DNA of 64,000 bases from an uncultured Bacteroidia bacterium (GCA_937936615.1 CALDDN010000003.1:2520-66519), one strand, 5' to 3'; positions 27,401 to 35,799 are shown, counted from the stretch's first letter. Numbers and translations: made by a program. Notes: generated by a model from the letters alone, not told the origin.

Positions 27401-27833
27401 CCGAACCCGCTTCATAGTACAGAATCCCCTGACTGTAGGCCACCGGCTCGTAAACCGGCAGGTTTTGGTAGCTTCGACCCGTCGGTGCAAGCAGAAACAG
27501 ACCGCTCTGGTTCCGGCTCAGCTCGATGCCCGGTGATATTCGATGGATTTCCAGGTCGATCTGTCCGCCCGGCACAGCCAGCCAGATGCTGGTTTGCCCG
27601 CGGTTTCCTTTGAAAATAGTAGCCAGTTCCAGCTTGCCGTAAGTGTAAATCCAGTCGGATTCAGGTTCACGCAGTGCCCTGAGGTCTGAAATCCAGCCTT
27701 CGGCGATCAGGTCGGCCGCTTCGACGCGTCGGGCCAGATCGACCGGTACGAGGCTGCATTGGCCCGAAGCCTTACCAAAACATGCGAACCAAAGCCAGAG
27801 AACCAGTAAGGCAGAGGGGTACAGATGTAACAT
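24459..27833 (-). CDS. T9SS-secreted zinc metalloprotease (HELGHxxxxGH, metzincin-like) with IPT/TIG, PKD and 3 FN3 modules
   Basis: Signal peptide MLHLYPSALLVLWLWFACFGKASGQ. IPT-like segment PVITTLIPGTITAGTGSVLTIVGSNFG. Intact VAVHELGHAHQLGHIV (nt about 26490-26530). PKD-like segment CAPLRVQFLDLS...GTYSVRLTARNAAG. CTD LYPNPGTGRFSLLLP...GVYVVMC...LKWVGL. Confidence 0.85.
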   Translation of the reverse strand: MLHLYPSALLVLWLWFACFGKASGQCSLVPVDLARRVEAADLIAEGWISDLRALREPESDWIYTYGKLELATIFKGNRGQTSIWLAVPGGQIDLEIHRISPGIELSRNQSGLFLLAPTGRSYQNLPVYEPVAYSQGILYYEAGSVVAPFDRFESPAQLIQTLTQTCRLRPAYIQELPARHEPQFKVDPAQTMSTPVITTLIPGTITAGTGSVLTIVGSNFGRSPGFWGRVNFANADNGGQGFISASNTDIRFWSDTRIDVVVPSRAGTGRVQVVNSSGQTATSAFNLNITFAVLNYTNFFSGVSAPADLINQNGQGGISFQMAPALSQNPAAVAALRRALETWRCGTGVNFSLSNQPASVSCSADDGINLINYDTQCRLSQGVLAATFSRISGCFVNNVLFWQVKDLDLLFNSQINWHFGPSQPTWGRFDFESVAVHELGHAHQLGHIVAPGRVMHFAIGPNQEQRQLNFASDIGGGQSIMQRSESRSLCGTQAMRRVPGWQCRLEGSEGLQPPVPNFQVDRTRGCAPLRVQFLDLSTNNPTSWEWDIDNDGRPDHFIANPAHTYLNPGTYSVRLTARNAAGAASTVRWFLIQVDAGGPLNLTPIAATVCQGSTVSLTASGAQSYAWSPVLSASASSSIYTFVPAASQTFTVTGFYANGCTSTRTVPVNVLPLPQLQVSSSPASSPQSANGSLSVSPSGGQAPYLIRLQNGPFSSQTIFTGLLAGTYSLAVRDANGCENQATAQVGIAQATACATPTQLTASNLTASSAFLSWANVAGASSYRLFFRRSDDANFQVLVLGSPSFNLTGLQAGTAYQWYVQAVCGERLSDGSGLQSFTTQSTAPAACVAPVPQFSEITPTSLRVSWPQQPNALSWQVYYRPLQASAWNFVSVFAPATSVVLTGLSAATRYEVYLRTECVGQAVSSFGGPYFAETAGQSAPACTPPASVSVSPFGTGAFVSWSSVAGATTYRLTWRETSSLNSVTAFVQAPQLSYTIQNLLPARSYELSISTTCGGVTSSNRSTWFNTPPQGKLEGTDPWNTSEWKLYPNPGTGRFSLLLPADWNDDELHIEITDLQGKRVYERLHPASTQGHAERQVEIEGLAAGVYVVMCRTATRTAVLKWVGL
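24750..25577 (-). repeat. 3 tandem Cys-bracketed FN3-like modules in the metalloprotease gene
   Basis: The modules begin CATPTQLTASNLT..., CVAPVPQFSEITP... and CTPPASVSVSPFG.... Each has a W..V.GA..Y core and a late conserved Cys (VQAVCG, LRTECV, ISTTCG). Confidence 0.7.
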
Positions 27834-27854
27834 TTTGATTTTACTTTATATCAT

Positions 27855-27868
27855 CAAATATACCATTC
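27855..27868 (-). promoter_or_regulatory. candidate -7 promoter box GAATGGTATATTTG upstream of the metalloprotease gene
   Basis: The minus-strand TATATTTG matches TAnnTTTG and ends about 21 nt upstream of the ATG at 27833. It lies in an AT-rich divergent region shared with birA. Confidence 0.4.
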
Positions 27869-27890
27869 CGTTCCGAATACTTGCCCTTGC

Positions 27891-28640
27891 ATGGACTTGA
27901 CCGAAATGGGTGCGAGCCGCCTGATTCTCGACGAGGTCGACTCGACTCAAGACTGGCTGTCCAGTCGCTGGGCCGCCCATCCCGAATGGCCCCATGGTTT
28001 TCTGGTTGCAGCTCATCATCAGTGGGCCGGTCGGGGACAGGCCGGCCGCAGCTGGCAGGCCGCAGCCGGCCTTAATTTCACGGGCAGTTTGCTCCTGCGT
28101 GAGGGAAGGGTGCCCGCCGAAAGACCCTTTCAGTTGAACAAAGCGGCTGCTCTGGCCGTTCGCGATGCATGCGCTAGATTGACCGGCCAAAGCCTCAGCT
28201 TGCAGGTCAAGTGGCCCAACGATGTGCTCGCTCAGGGCCGCAAGCTGGCGGGCATTCTGCTGCAACTGGTCTGGAAAGGTCAACACCTGGCGGCAACCAT
28301 CCTCGGAATCGGCGTCAACGTCAATCAGCACGACTTTCCTCCCGAGCTGCGGGCCACTTCGCTATCCCTGCTGGCCGGTGTCCAATTCGATTTGAACGAC
28401 GTTATCGATGTGCTCTGCCGGTGCCTCGATCACCGCATGCGTCAAATAGCGGCGGCTCCCGACCAGCTCGATGCAGATTATCTGGCCAACCTCTACCGCT
28501 ATCAGGAGTGGGCGCAGTACCGGTACCAAAATCGAGTGCTTACCGCCGGCATCGTAGGCGTCGATGCCCGAGGATGTCTCGTTCTGGAGTCGGATCAGGG
28601 CTTGCTCCGGGTTCAGCCCTGCCAGATCGACTACCTCTAA
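27891..28640 (+). CDS. birA: biotin--[acetyl-CoA-carboxylase] ligase
   Basis: VDSTQDWL...QWAGRGQAGRSWQA (GRGRxGRxW-type biotin-binding loop), KWPNDVL..GRKLAGILL. Confidence 0.85.
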   Translation: MDLTEMGASRLILDEVDSTQDWLSSRWAAHPEWPHGFLVAAHHQWAGRGQAGRSWQAAAGLNFTGSLLLREGRVPAERPFQLNKAAALAVRDACARLTGQSLSLQVKWPNDVLAQGRKLAGILLQLVWKGQHLAATILGIGVNVNQHDFPPELRATSLSLLAGVQFDLNDVIDVLCRCLDHRMRQIAAAPDQLDADYLANLYRYQEWAQYRYQNRVLTAGIVGVDARGCLVLESDQGLLRVQPCQIDYL

Positions 28641-28669
28641 TGCCCCTCTGGGCTGTATTTTTGTAAAAA

Positions 28670-29263
28670 GTGAAAAAAAACATGCTGGGACTGAAACTGC
28701 CGACCGATGAACGCTGGGTGCGTCTTGTGGAGAGCAACCTGGAGGAGGTGCTCACCGACCACGCCTGGTGCGAGCAGAAAGCTGCCTCCAATGCCATTTC
28801 CACCATTGTCCATTTTTCGGAATACCCCGAACTGGTCGATACCCTCTCAGCTATTGCCATCGAGGAAATGACCCACTTTCGTCAGGTGGTGGAACTGATC
28901 CGGGCGCGAGGCTGGACCTTGGGACGTGAGCGTAAAGACGACTACGTCAACGAACTGCTGCAGTTTGTGCGCAAAGGCCCCGACCGCGAAACGTACCTGG
29001 TAGACCGGCTGCTGTTTGCCGCGATGATCGAGGCCCGCAGTTGCGAACGTTTCCGTTTACTTTCCGAGAAAGTAGGCGATGAGCAGCTGGCCGCTTTCTA
29101 CCGCGAACTGATGATCTCCGAGGCCCAGCATTACACCACTTTCATCAACCTGGCTCGCAAACTGGCTCCCCGCGCCGACGTCGACCATCGCTGGCATGAG
29201 TTTCTCGAATACGAGGCCCAGGTGATTGCCCGCTATGGTAAGCGGGAAACGATTCACGGCTGA
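28670..29263 (+). CDS. miaE: tRNA-(ms2io6A37)-hydroxylase MiaE
   Basis: LGLKLPTDERWV...DHAWCEQKAASNAIS...EEMTHF...EARSCERF...ISEAQHY are the di-iron ExxH motifs of MiaE. The true start may be the ATG at 28682 rather than the GTG at 28670. Confidence 0.8.
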   Translation: MKKNMLGLKLPTDERWVRLVESNLEEVLTDHAWCEQKAASNAISTIVHFSEYPELVDTLSAIAIEEMTHFRQVVELIRARGWTLGRERKDDYVNELLQFVRKGPDRETYLVDRLLFAAMIEARSCERFRLLSEKVGDEQLAAFYRELMISEAQHYTTFINLARKLAPRADVDHRWHEFLEYEAQVIARYGKRETIHG

Positions 29264-29280
29264 AGTCAGAAGTTAAAAAG

Positions 29281-30051
29281 TCAGAAATTAAAGAGGTTCA
29301 ATTCCAGAACCAGACCCAATTTTTGCTGCTGCCCCGCCGGCAGGTTGGGGAACTGGAACCCGACGCAGACCTGCAAGCCTTTGCCCATTTCGTACATCAA
29401 TCCCAGAACAGTTGCCCCGATATCGTGCGCTCCGATGAGGGCATCGCCCATCGCCACAAGCTTGTTGCCAACGAGGGGGTACTCGAAACCCAGCATCCAG
29501 CCCACGGGCAGGCCGTCGCCGGCGAAGGCTGCATTGGTCAGATAGGGTCCGCCCACGAACAGAGTTCCGGGTTGGGGCTTGTAGGCCAGCAGGCTGTAAT
29601 GAAACTGACTGAAATGCCGGTAGTCGGCGCGGCGATTCCAGTTTGTGCCTATTTGGGTGCCTATGGTTTGGTGCCACTTGCCTTTTTTCCAAAGTTTTTT
29701 CTGGCAGGTGAACATAATCAGCGACGTGAGCGGAGCCGACAGGCGTGTACCCCGTCGCTGGACGTTCTGCTCGAACGCAATGCCATCGTGCCCGATCGCG
29801 AAGGGCTTGTTGAGCACATTCAGCCCGATCTCCCAGTCTGAACCCAGACCCAGTACAAAGTGGCTTTTGGTTTCCCAGTCGTTGGGCGAATAGGCGTTGG
29901 TCTGGTTCTGATAGAACAGGCCCTTTTGGGGAGTCAGTATGCCACTGGGCATATTGAACAGATTCTGTTGGGCCAGCAGGCGTTGGGGGGAGCCCACTGC
30001 GGCCAGCACACCCAGCAGGACCAAAAAAAGATAATTCAGACGAGCAGGCAT
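29281..30051 (-). CDS. hypothetical secreted/outer-membrane protein
   Basis: Start chosen at MPARLNYLFLVLLGVLAAVGSPQRLLAQ (signal peptide). It has a beta-rich, aromatic-rich sequence ending ...LGLVLELNLFNF (C-terminal Phe). The overlapping ORF 29288-30088 in another frame is P/R/G-rich and was rejected. Confidence 0.6.
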   Translation of the reverse strand: MPARLNYLFLVLLGVLAAVGSPQRLLAQQNLFNMPSGILTPQKGLFYQNQTNAYSPNDWETKSHFVLGLGSDWEIGLNVLNKPFAIGHDGIAFEQNVQRRGTRLSAPLTSLIMFTCQKKLWKKGKWHQTIGTQIGTNWNRRADYRHFSQFHYSLLAYKPQPGTLFVGGPYLTNAAFAGDGLPVGWMLGFEYPLVGNKLVAMGDALIGAHDIGATVLGLMYEMGKGLQVCVGFQFPNLPAGQQQKLGLVLELNLFNF

Positions 30052-30236
30052 GAGTATTGAGGATTGGGTCTCGGTAGCCCACACTCAATACGCATTTGCC
30101 CTGAATTAGGTTTCGGGTCTGATAATTTCTTCTGATTTGACAGAAGATGTATCTGACGACTTATCAGATTGATGTTGTTTGCCTGAGAACCGCTTTTTTC
30201 TGGATGATTTAGGATTTTGTTTTGATCAAAATCGTG

Positions 30237-30863
30237 TCAATTGAGGTGAGAGAGCAAGCCTTCGACCGCTTTCGTGGGCTTGGGGGCATTGATCCATGCC
30301 GAGAGAACGGCTACCCCGTAGGCTCCTTGGGCCAGTACCTGCGGCAGGGTATCGTTGCCGATGTTGCCGATGGCAATGACGCGGTGTCGGCTGCGTTCGC
30401 ACAGCCGCCTGAGACCTTCCAGCTGAAGGGGCGGGCGGGGCGTGTACTTGGTGGTTGTACCGAAGACTGGGCCGATTCCCACGTAGTCGATCACATCGAG
30501 GGTGTTGGCGGCTTCCAGTTCCTCGTCCGTATGAACGGTCAGGCCGATGATGGCCTCCGGTCCCAGCAGGTCGCGGGCCCGGGTGGGGGGCAGGTCCTCC
30601 TTGCCGATGTGGGTACCGCAGCCGATTTCTGCCGCCAGGTCGACGTAGTCGTTGATGAGCAGGGTGTTGCCGTGGCGGCGGGCCAGCTCGCCAATGCGCA
30701 GCAGCTCGTCGTGGTGGCGTTCGGGGGCATAGGCCTTCTCGCGGTATTGCAGCACGACTTCCGGCGAGCCGACCGAAAAGGCCATCTCAGCCAGCTGGCG
30801 GTGAGCGTACCGCTGTTGAATGTGGGTATCGGTCAGCAGGTGCAGGCGACCCAAAAGTTTCAT
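30237..30863 (-). CDS. thiE: thiamine-phosphate synthase
   Basis: LHLLTD...VLQYREK...LLINDYVDLAAEIG..GTHIGKEDLP...IGLTVH...DYVGIGPVFGTTTK. Confidence 0.9.
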   Translation of the reverse strand: MKLLGRLHLLTDTHIQQRYAHRQLAEMAFSVGSPEVVLQYREKAYAPERHHDELLRIGELARRHGNTLLINDYVDLAAEIGCGTHIGKEDLPPTRARDLLGPEAIIGLTVHTDEELEAANTLDVIDYVGIGPVFGTTTKYTPRPPLQLEGLRRLCERSRHRVIAIGNIGNDTLPQVLAQGAYGVAVLSAWINAPKPTKAVEGLLSHLN

Positions 30864-31525
30864 AGGTTAAAAAAACGCATCAGCTGGTTGTAGTGGTCGT
30901 GAGCGTCGTCCAGGTATTTGGCGTCCGAAAATACGCCGGCAATCGAATAGCCAAAGCGTTCGAGCGATTGAACGATGGCATTGGTGCTGCGGCCGGCCAC
31001 TTTGAGGTGAACCTGCATCAGCTGCGACTCGTTGAGCGAGGTGGTATAGAAGTTCAGGATTTTGCCTCCGTCCGATTCAACAATCGAAGCGAGTTTCTTC
31101 AATTCAAAATCGTTGGGATGCATTTCCAGAATGATCGTATCGCCGGCTTCCTGCACGTTGACGATCTGGGTAAAGACTTCGAGCAGTTCTTTGACCCCGA
31201 TGCTGCCCAGGTAGCGGCGGTCGGTATCGACGACTGGGGCTACTGTCAGCTGGTGTTCTGAAACCAGTTTCAGGGCATCGTAAACGTGCTGCGTGTTCAG
31301 GACGCACAGGTGGGAGGTGTCGGGCTGCCGCTTGATGAGGCTGCCGATCGAGCAGATGCCGCCTTCGTGCAGGCTGTCGAAGCTGGCAATGCCCACAAAG
31401 CGGGTGTTTTCGACAACGGGCAGGTGGTGCACGCTGAGCAGATTCATCCAGAGCAAGGCCGATTCCCCCGTATCGTAGAGGTGGAGGGCCGGGATGGCGT
31501 GGGAAATAAACTGTTCGGCCGTCAT
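30860..31525 (-). CDS. CBS domain pair protein
   Basis: Two CBS-like segments (HHLPVVENTRFVGIASFDSL; LTVAPVVDTDRRYLGSIGVKELL) plus a C-terminal ACT-like region. There are 4-nt overlaps with both neighbours. Confidence 0.75.
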   Translation of the reverse strand: MTAEQFISHAIPALHLYDTGESALLWMNLLSVHHLPVVENTRFVGIASFDSLHEGGICSIGSLIKRQPDTSHLCVLNTQHVYDALKLVSEHQLTVAPVVDTDRRYLGSIGVKELLEVFTQIVNVQEAGDTIILEMHPNDFELKKLASIVESDGGKILNFYTTSLNESQLMQVHLKVAGRSTNAIVQSLERFGYSIAGVFSDAKYLDDAHDHYNQLMRFFNL

Positions 31526-32295
31526 GCGCAGGCAGTCAGGTAATGGGTGGATAAAAAATCGGCCAACAGGCGGTTGAAGCGTTCGGGCTGCTCCATCATG
31601 GGGGCATGGCCGCAGTGGTCGATGAAATAAAGTTCGGATCGGGGGATGTTGCGATGAAACTCGTGTGCCACCCGCACGGGAGTAATGGTATCGTTGAGGC
31701 CCCAGATCAGGCAGGTGGGCATTTTCAGGTCGGGCAGGTGGCTTTTCATGCTCATGCGCTGGGCACCCCGCGCCAGCTGGATGACTCGGAGGGCCAGGTG
31801 CCGGTCGTTGACGATTTCGTACACTTCCTGCACCAGTTCCGGCGTAGCCGTTTCCGACGAGTAAAATGTAAACTCGACGCGCTCGCGCACGTATTCGTAG
31901 TCGCCGCGGCGGGGGAAGGTGCTGCCCATGCCTGCCTCGAAGAGGCCCGAACTGCCTGTCAGGATCATCGTGCGGGTATTTTCGGGCCGCCGCAGGGCCA
32001 GCATCTGGGCCAGATGCCCGCCCAGCGAATTGCCCAGTGTCGCATAGCCCTGCAGTCCCTTGTGCTCGATGAATCGCTCGATGTAGTCGGTGATGTCCTC
32101 CAGCGTAGGCTTGATCTGCACCATCCGGTAGATCGGCAGAATGGGGATGAGCACCGTATACTGCTCCCGAAAGGTCTTGAGCACGGAATACCAGTTGCTC
32201 AGTGCCCCGAAAAGGCCGTGCAAGAGCATCAGCGGGGGGCCGCTGCCTTCTTCGATGTACTCGAACTCACCTTCTTTTTTCAGCAGATATTCCAT
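31522..32295 (-). CDS. alpha/beta-fold hydrolase
   Basis: HGLFG oxyanion region, GNSLGG nucleophile elbow (GxSxG), and C-terminal DHCGHAPMMEQP catalytic His. Confidence 0.8.
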   Translation of the reverse strand: MEYLLKKEGEFEYIEEGSGPPLMLLHGLFGALSNWYSVLKTFREQYTVLIPILPIYRMVQIKPTLEDITDYIERFIEHKGLQGYATLGNSLGGHLAQMLALRRPENTRTMILTGSSGLFEAGMGSTFPRRGDYEYVRERVEFTFYSSETATPELVQEVYEIVNDRHLALRVIQLARGAQRMSMKSHLPDLKMPTCLIWGLNDTITPVRVAHEFHRNIPRSELYFIDHCGHAPMMEQPERFNRLLADFLSTHYLTACA

Positions 32296-32915
32296 GACCG
32301 GTTTTCCAGAGTCGGCATGAGGATTGTAGCGTGCAGTTCGACCTGGGCCAGCCAGTTAGCCAGCATGCGTTCGCCCCAAGGGGTCATTACCGATTCGGGA
32401 TGAAACTGCACCCCCCAGAGCAGCTGCTCGGGCCATTCCATGGCCATGACGGTGCCCAGGGCATCGTCGGTGCGGGCATTGACACGCCAGCCGGCCGGTA
32501 GCGAGCCTTCATCAACGGCCCACGAGTGGTAGCGCATCACCTCCACTACCCGGGGAAGCCCCTGAAACAGCCCGCCGCCACTGTGCCGGAGCTTCGATCG
32601 CTTGCCGTGCATTGGTTCCGGACAGGCAGTAAGCCTACCGCCCGTCAGCTCGGCCAGCAGCTGATGCCCCAGGCAGATGCCTAGAATGGGCAGCCGACCC
32701 ATCAGATCACGGATTCGGTCGGGGCACTGGCCGGCATCCAGGGGAAGGCCCGGCCCAGGCGAGACAACGACCCCATGGAAGTCCGCGGCGATGGACTCGG
32801 CACCCGGCAGCACATCGTTACGATGTACTGCCACCTCCGCCCCCAGGCTGCGCAAGGCACCGACCACGTTCCAGGTGAACGAGTCGTAGTTGTCGATGAG
32901 CAGCAGATGGATCAT
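32280..32915 (-). CDS. anthranilate/aminodeoxychorismate synthase component II (TrpG/PabA-type glutamine amidotransferase)
   Basis: LLIDNYDSFTWN, ILGICLGHQ (catalytic Cys), VQFHPES. Confidence 0.85.
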   Translation of the reverse strand: MIHLLLIDNYDSFTWNVVGALRSLGAEVAVHRNDVLPGAESIAADFHGVVVSPGPGLPLDAGQCPDRIRDLMGRLPILGICLGHQLLAELTGGRLTACPEPMHGKRSKLRHSGGGLFQGLPRVVEVMRYHSWAVDEGSLPAGWRVNARTDDALGTVMAMEWPEQLLWGVQFHPESVMTPWGERMLANWLAQVELHATILMPTLENRSWNIC

Positions 32916-32930
32916 GTCGAACTTGTTTCG

Positions 32931-33389
32931 CTAGGCACTCAGCAGCTTACGGGCCAGTTCACTTACGGCTTTATTGTCGGCGCGGCCCGCCAGGCGCGTG
33001 CCGGCTTCTTTCATCACTTTGCCCAGGTCTTTGACGCCGGCGGCACCCACCTGGGTGATGATTTCACGCAGCGCACTCTCCAGTTCGGCTTCCGAAAGTG
33101 CCTGAGGCAGGTAGCGGGCGATGATCTCGGCTTCTTCCTGCTCGGCCTGGGCCAGGTCGGCCCGCCCGTTGGCCGTAAACTGCTCGACGGAATCGCGCCG
33201 CTGCTTGACCTGTTTCTGTAGCAGCTGCAGTTCTTCGGCTTCGGTCAGCGGCTCGTCAGGATTGCGGCCTTCGGCCGTTTCGGCCAGCAGAATGGCCGAT
33301 TTGACGGCCCGCAAGGCGCGCAGAGCGGCCTGGTCCTTGGCCTTCATGGCTGCTTTGATGTCTTCGCCGATGCGTTCTTTCAGGCTCAT
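32931..33389 (-). CDS. GatB/YqeY domain-containing protein
   Basis: MSLKERIGEDIKAAMKAKDQAALRALRAVKSAILLAE... is collinear with the YqeY family over its full roughly 150-aa length. Confidence 0.85.
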   Translation of the reverse strand: MSLKERIGEDIKAAMKAKDQAALRALRAVKSAILLAETAEGRNPDEPLTEAEELQLLQKQVKQRRDSVEQFTANGRADLAQAEQEEAEIIARYLPQALSEAELESALREIITQVGAAGVKDLGKVMKEAGTRLAGRADNKAVSELARKLLSA

Positions 33390-33393
33390 GGGC

Positions 33394-33930
33394 TTACTTG
33401 ATGAGCGAATACAGGTCTTTGGCTTTAGTCTCCTGTCGGAATACCTTCACAAATTTGTTGTTGTTGTCGTAAACGTAGATGGAGGGCACCTCGCTGGGGC
33501 CAAAAAAATTATCAATATTAAAATCCAGGTCCTTGACAAATGAAATGGGGGGAGCACCCGGTTTGTCGAAGTATTTTTTACGGAATGCTTCGATCGTGGC
33601 GTTGTTATCCTCCCAGGTTACAAACACGAACTGCGAGCCTTTGAACTGGGGCAGTTCCGCCGAAATCCAGGCGGCTTCCTGATTGCAGTGGTCGCAGTCG
33701 GGGCTGAAGAAAAAGATGAAAGTCGTCAGGCCCGCCTTGAGGTTGGCACGGGCAAAAGGTTTGCCCTGCAGGTCGTAGAACTTGAAGTTGGGCAGGTCTT
33801 TGGGTGGCCCTTGGGCTAGCGCAGGTAGAGCCAGCCAGGCCGACAGCAAGGCCAGCAATACGACAGCCACCAGCCGTTGGCAGGTGACCGGGGCTACGCT
33901 CAGGGCCAGTACACGCGACGGGTTCGACAT
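33394..33930 (-). CDS. TlpA/AhpC-like thiol-disulfide oxidoreductase (redoxin) with signal peptide
   Basis: Start chosen at MSNPSRVLALSV...LALPALAQG. It has a thioredoxin-like CxxC (FFFSPDCDHCNQE). It is the first gene of a tightly packed minus-strand operon running to thiE. Confidence 0.75.
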   Translation of the reverse strand: MSNPSRVLALSVAPVTCQRLVAVVLLALLSAWLALPALAQGPPKDLPNFKFYDLQGKPFARANLKAGLTTFIFFFSPDCDHCNQEAAWISAELPQFKGSQFVFVTWEDNNATIEAFRKKYFDKPGAPPISFVKDLDFNIDNFFGPSEVPSIYVYDNNNKFVKVFRQETKAKDLYSLIK

Positions 33931-34013
33931 AGGTTCTTTTGGGTTTAGGATTAAGAATCGAGTTTGGCTTACAGGTTTCAAATCTTGTGCCGCCTTTAGG
34001 TCGGCCTTCCGCC

Positions 34014-34021
34014 CAAAACTA
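34014..34021 (-). promoter_or_regulatory. candidate -7 box TAGTTTTG for the redoxin-to-thiE operon
   Basis: The minus-strand TAGTTTTG matches TAnnTTTG, about 85 nt upstream of the ATG at 33930. Its position argues against the longer ORF start at 34026. Confidence 0.3.
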
Positions 34022-34134
34022 CGCAATTCGTTTCAGGCTTCGGTTATCGGATCATTGAGCCAGTTAAACGGTAAAAATCAGCCGCTGAACGATTGGTAAC
34101 TTTTTTTAACGCCTTGCGTAAGTTATATTTACAT

Positions 34135-34150
34135 ACGAACGCTTGTTCGT
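34135..34150. promoter_or_regulatory. candidate TetR/PaaR-type operator: palindrome ACGAAC-GCTT-GTTCGT
   Basis: Perfect 6-bp arms at 34135-34140 and 34145-34150. They lie 3 nt downstream of a near-consensus -7 box TATATTTA (34124-34131) and 21 nt upstream of the tetR-family ATG at 34171. Confidence 0.45.
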
Positions 34151-34170
34151 TTTCTTGTGTTCAATAAAGA

Positions 34171-34764
34171 GTGAAAATGAAGACCACCACCACCAGCAGC
34201 CGCCGTGAGCAAATTGCCGATGCCGCTGCCGCTCTGATCGGCGAAAAAGGCTATGCCGCGGTCTCCGTTCGTGGCCTGGCCGATGCTGTCGGGCTTGAAA
34301 CTTCGAGCATCTATTCGCATTTCGCCTCCAAAGAAGAAATTCTGTGGGAAATCGCCGTGCGCTGCGCCGATGATTTCCACCAGACGGTCGAACCGATTTA
34401 CCGCTCCAATCTGCATACGCGCGAAAAACTCAGCCGTATGCTTGCCGCGCATGTTGCCGTTACGCTGCGCAACCGGGTGGCGGCACCGGTCTTCGTGCAG
34501 GAATGGCGGCACCTGGGTGAGCCGCAGCGCAGCCAGTTTGCCGCCCGCCGCGATGCCTACGAAGCCATGTTCCGCGATGTGGTAAATCAGGGCCTGGCTG
34601 AGCGGGTTTTTCGCGAAATCGACGCCCGGCTGGCCGTGCTTACCCTGCTGTCGGCTCTCAACTCGACGGCCCGCTGGTACCGCCCCGAGGGCGAGCTGAT
34701 GCCCGACGAGATCGGCGAGCAGCTGGCCGAGATGCTGCTCTATGGCCTTACACAAAGCTTCTGA
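34171..34764 (+). CDS. TetR/AcrR-family transcriptional regulator (possible PaaR-like regulator of the paa genes)
   Basis: The N-terminal HTH is REQIADAAAALIGEKGYAAVSVRGLADAVGLETSSIYSHFASKEEIL. The gene lies directly upstream of paaABCD on the same strand. Confidence 0.85.
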   Translation: MKMKTTTTSSRREQIADAAAALIGEKGYAAVSVRGLADAVGLETSSIYSHFASKEEILWEIAVRCADDFHQTVEPIYRSNLHTREKLSRMLAAHVAVTLRNRVAAPVFVQEWRHLGEPQRSQFAARRDAYEAMFRDVVNQGLAERVFREIDARLAVLTLLSALNSTARWYRPEGELMPDEIGEQLAEMLLYGLTQSF

Positions 34765-34809
34765 ATCAATTTTTTGTCTGATTAACCCTTAAAAAATATA
34801 AATACACCC

Positions 34810-35799
34810 ATGTACGGTAGTCTGAGCATCATTGAAGTGGACAACTGGGGGCGAAAAGTCCACGAAGAAGACCCCCAGAAACTGGCCGAGTTCGAGGCCC
34901 GTATCGAACGGGGCGAGAAAATCGAGCCGCAGGACTGGATGCCCTTCGAGTATCGCCGCCAGCTCATCCGCATGATCGAGCAGCATGCCCACTCGGAGAT
35001 CATCGGTGCGCTGCCCGAGGGCACGTGGATTACCCGCGCCCCCGGTTTCAAACGCAAACTGGCCCTCATGGCCAAGGTGCAGGACGAAGTAGGCCATGCC
35101 CAGCTGCTCTACTCGGCTGCCGAAACCCTGGGTAAGCCCCGCGAGCAGATGATCAACGATCTGATCAACGGCAAGTCCAAGTATTCCAACGTCTTTAACT
35201 ATCCTGCCGTTACCTGGGCCGATACCGCCGTCATCGCCTGGCTGATCGATGCGGGAGCCATCATCAATCAGGTGGCCAACGCCAAAGGTTCGTATGGCCC
35301 CTATGGCCGTGCCCTTGATCGCATCTGCGCCGAGGAGTCCTTCCACCTGCGCTACGGCTACGATACCTGCGTACACCTGGCCACGGGCACCCCCAAACAG
35401 CGGCAGATGCTGCAGGAAGCCCTCAACCGCTGGTGGACCCCCATCATGCACTTCCACGGTCCCCCCGACAAGACCTCCGTCCACACCGAAACCCTGATGA
35501 AGTGGCAGGTTAAAATGGCCTCCAACGACGCCATGCGCCAGCAGTTTCTGGACATGTACGTGCCCAAAATCTGGGAACTGGGCCTCACGATCCCTGATCC
35601 CAATCTCCGCAAAAACACCGAAACCGGCCTCTGGGAATATACCGAGCCGGACTGGGACGAGTTCATGCGCGTCATCAACGGCGACGGCCCCTGCAATGCC
35701 GAACGTCTGGCCGTGCGCCGCTACGCCGAAGAGAAAGGCCGCTGGGTGCGCCAGGCTCTCATCCGACCCACCGAACGCTACGTTACGCCGCTGGCATAG
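34810..35799 (+). CDS. paaA: 1,2-phenylacetyl-CoA epoxidase subunit A
   Basis: ...[16 protein letters not shown]...[14 protein letters not shown]...EESFHLRYG are the di-iron EX2H motifs, and the sequence is collinear with PaaA. Confidence 0.9.
   Translation: MYGSLSIIEVDNWGRKVHEEDPQKLAEFEARIERGEKIEPQDWMPFEYRRQLIRMIEQHAHSEIIGALPEGTWITRAPGFKRKLALMAKVQDEVGHAQLLYSAAETLGKPREQMINDLINGKSKYSNVFNYPAVTWADTAVIAWLIDAGAIINQVANAKGSYGPYGRALDRICAEESFHLRYGYDTCVHLATGTPKQRQMLQEALNRWWTPIMHFHGPPDKTSVHTETLMKWQVKMASNDAMRQQFLDMYVPKIWELGLTIPDPNLRKNTETGLWEYTEPDWDEFMRVINGDGPCNAERLAVRRYAEEKGRWVRQALIRPTERYVTPLA

Noticed and set aside
29288-30088. Alternative-frame 266-aa ORF overlapping the 29281-30051 gene on the same strand
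   Set aside because: Its translation is P/R/G-rich with no hydrophobic core. The chosen frame has a signal peptide, beta-strand periodicity and a C-terminal aromatic residue.
30183-30189. CTGAGA hexamer reminiscent of the TPP riboswitch core, near thiE
   Set aside because: It is on the plus strand downstream of thiE, which is on the minus strand. No accompanying ACCTGATCTGGATAATGCCAGCG-like element or P1-P5 helices are present, and no gene is positioned for it to regulate. thiE is the last gene of a multi-gene operon whose 5' end is at about 33930.
30213-30233. A/T-only hairpin GATTTTG-N7-CAAAATC immediately after the thiE stop as a terminator
   Set aside because: The stem is only 7 bp and almost entirely A-T, with no clear U-tract on the minus strand. 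This is too weak to call. Nested TCTGATAA/TTATCAGA repeats at about 30119-30167 are similarly unconvincing.
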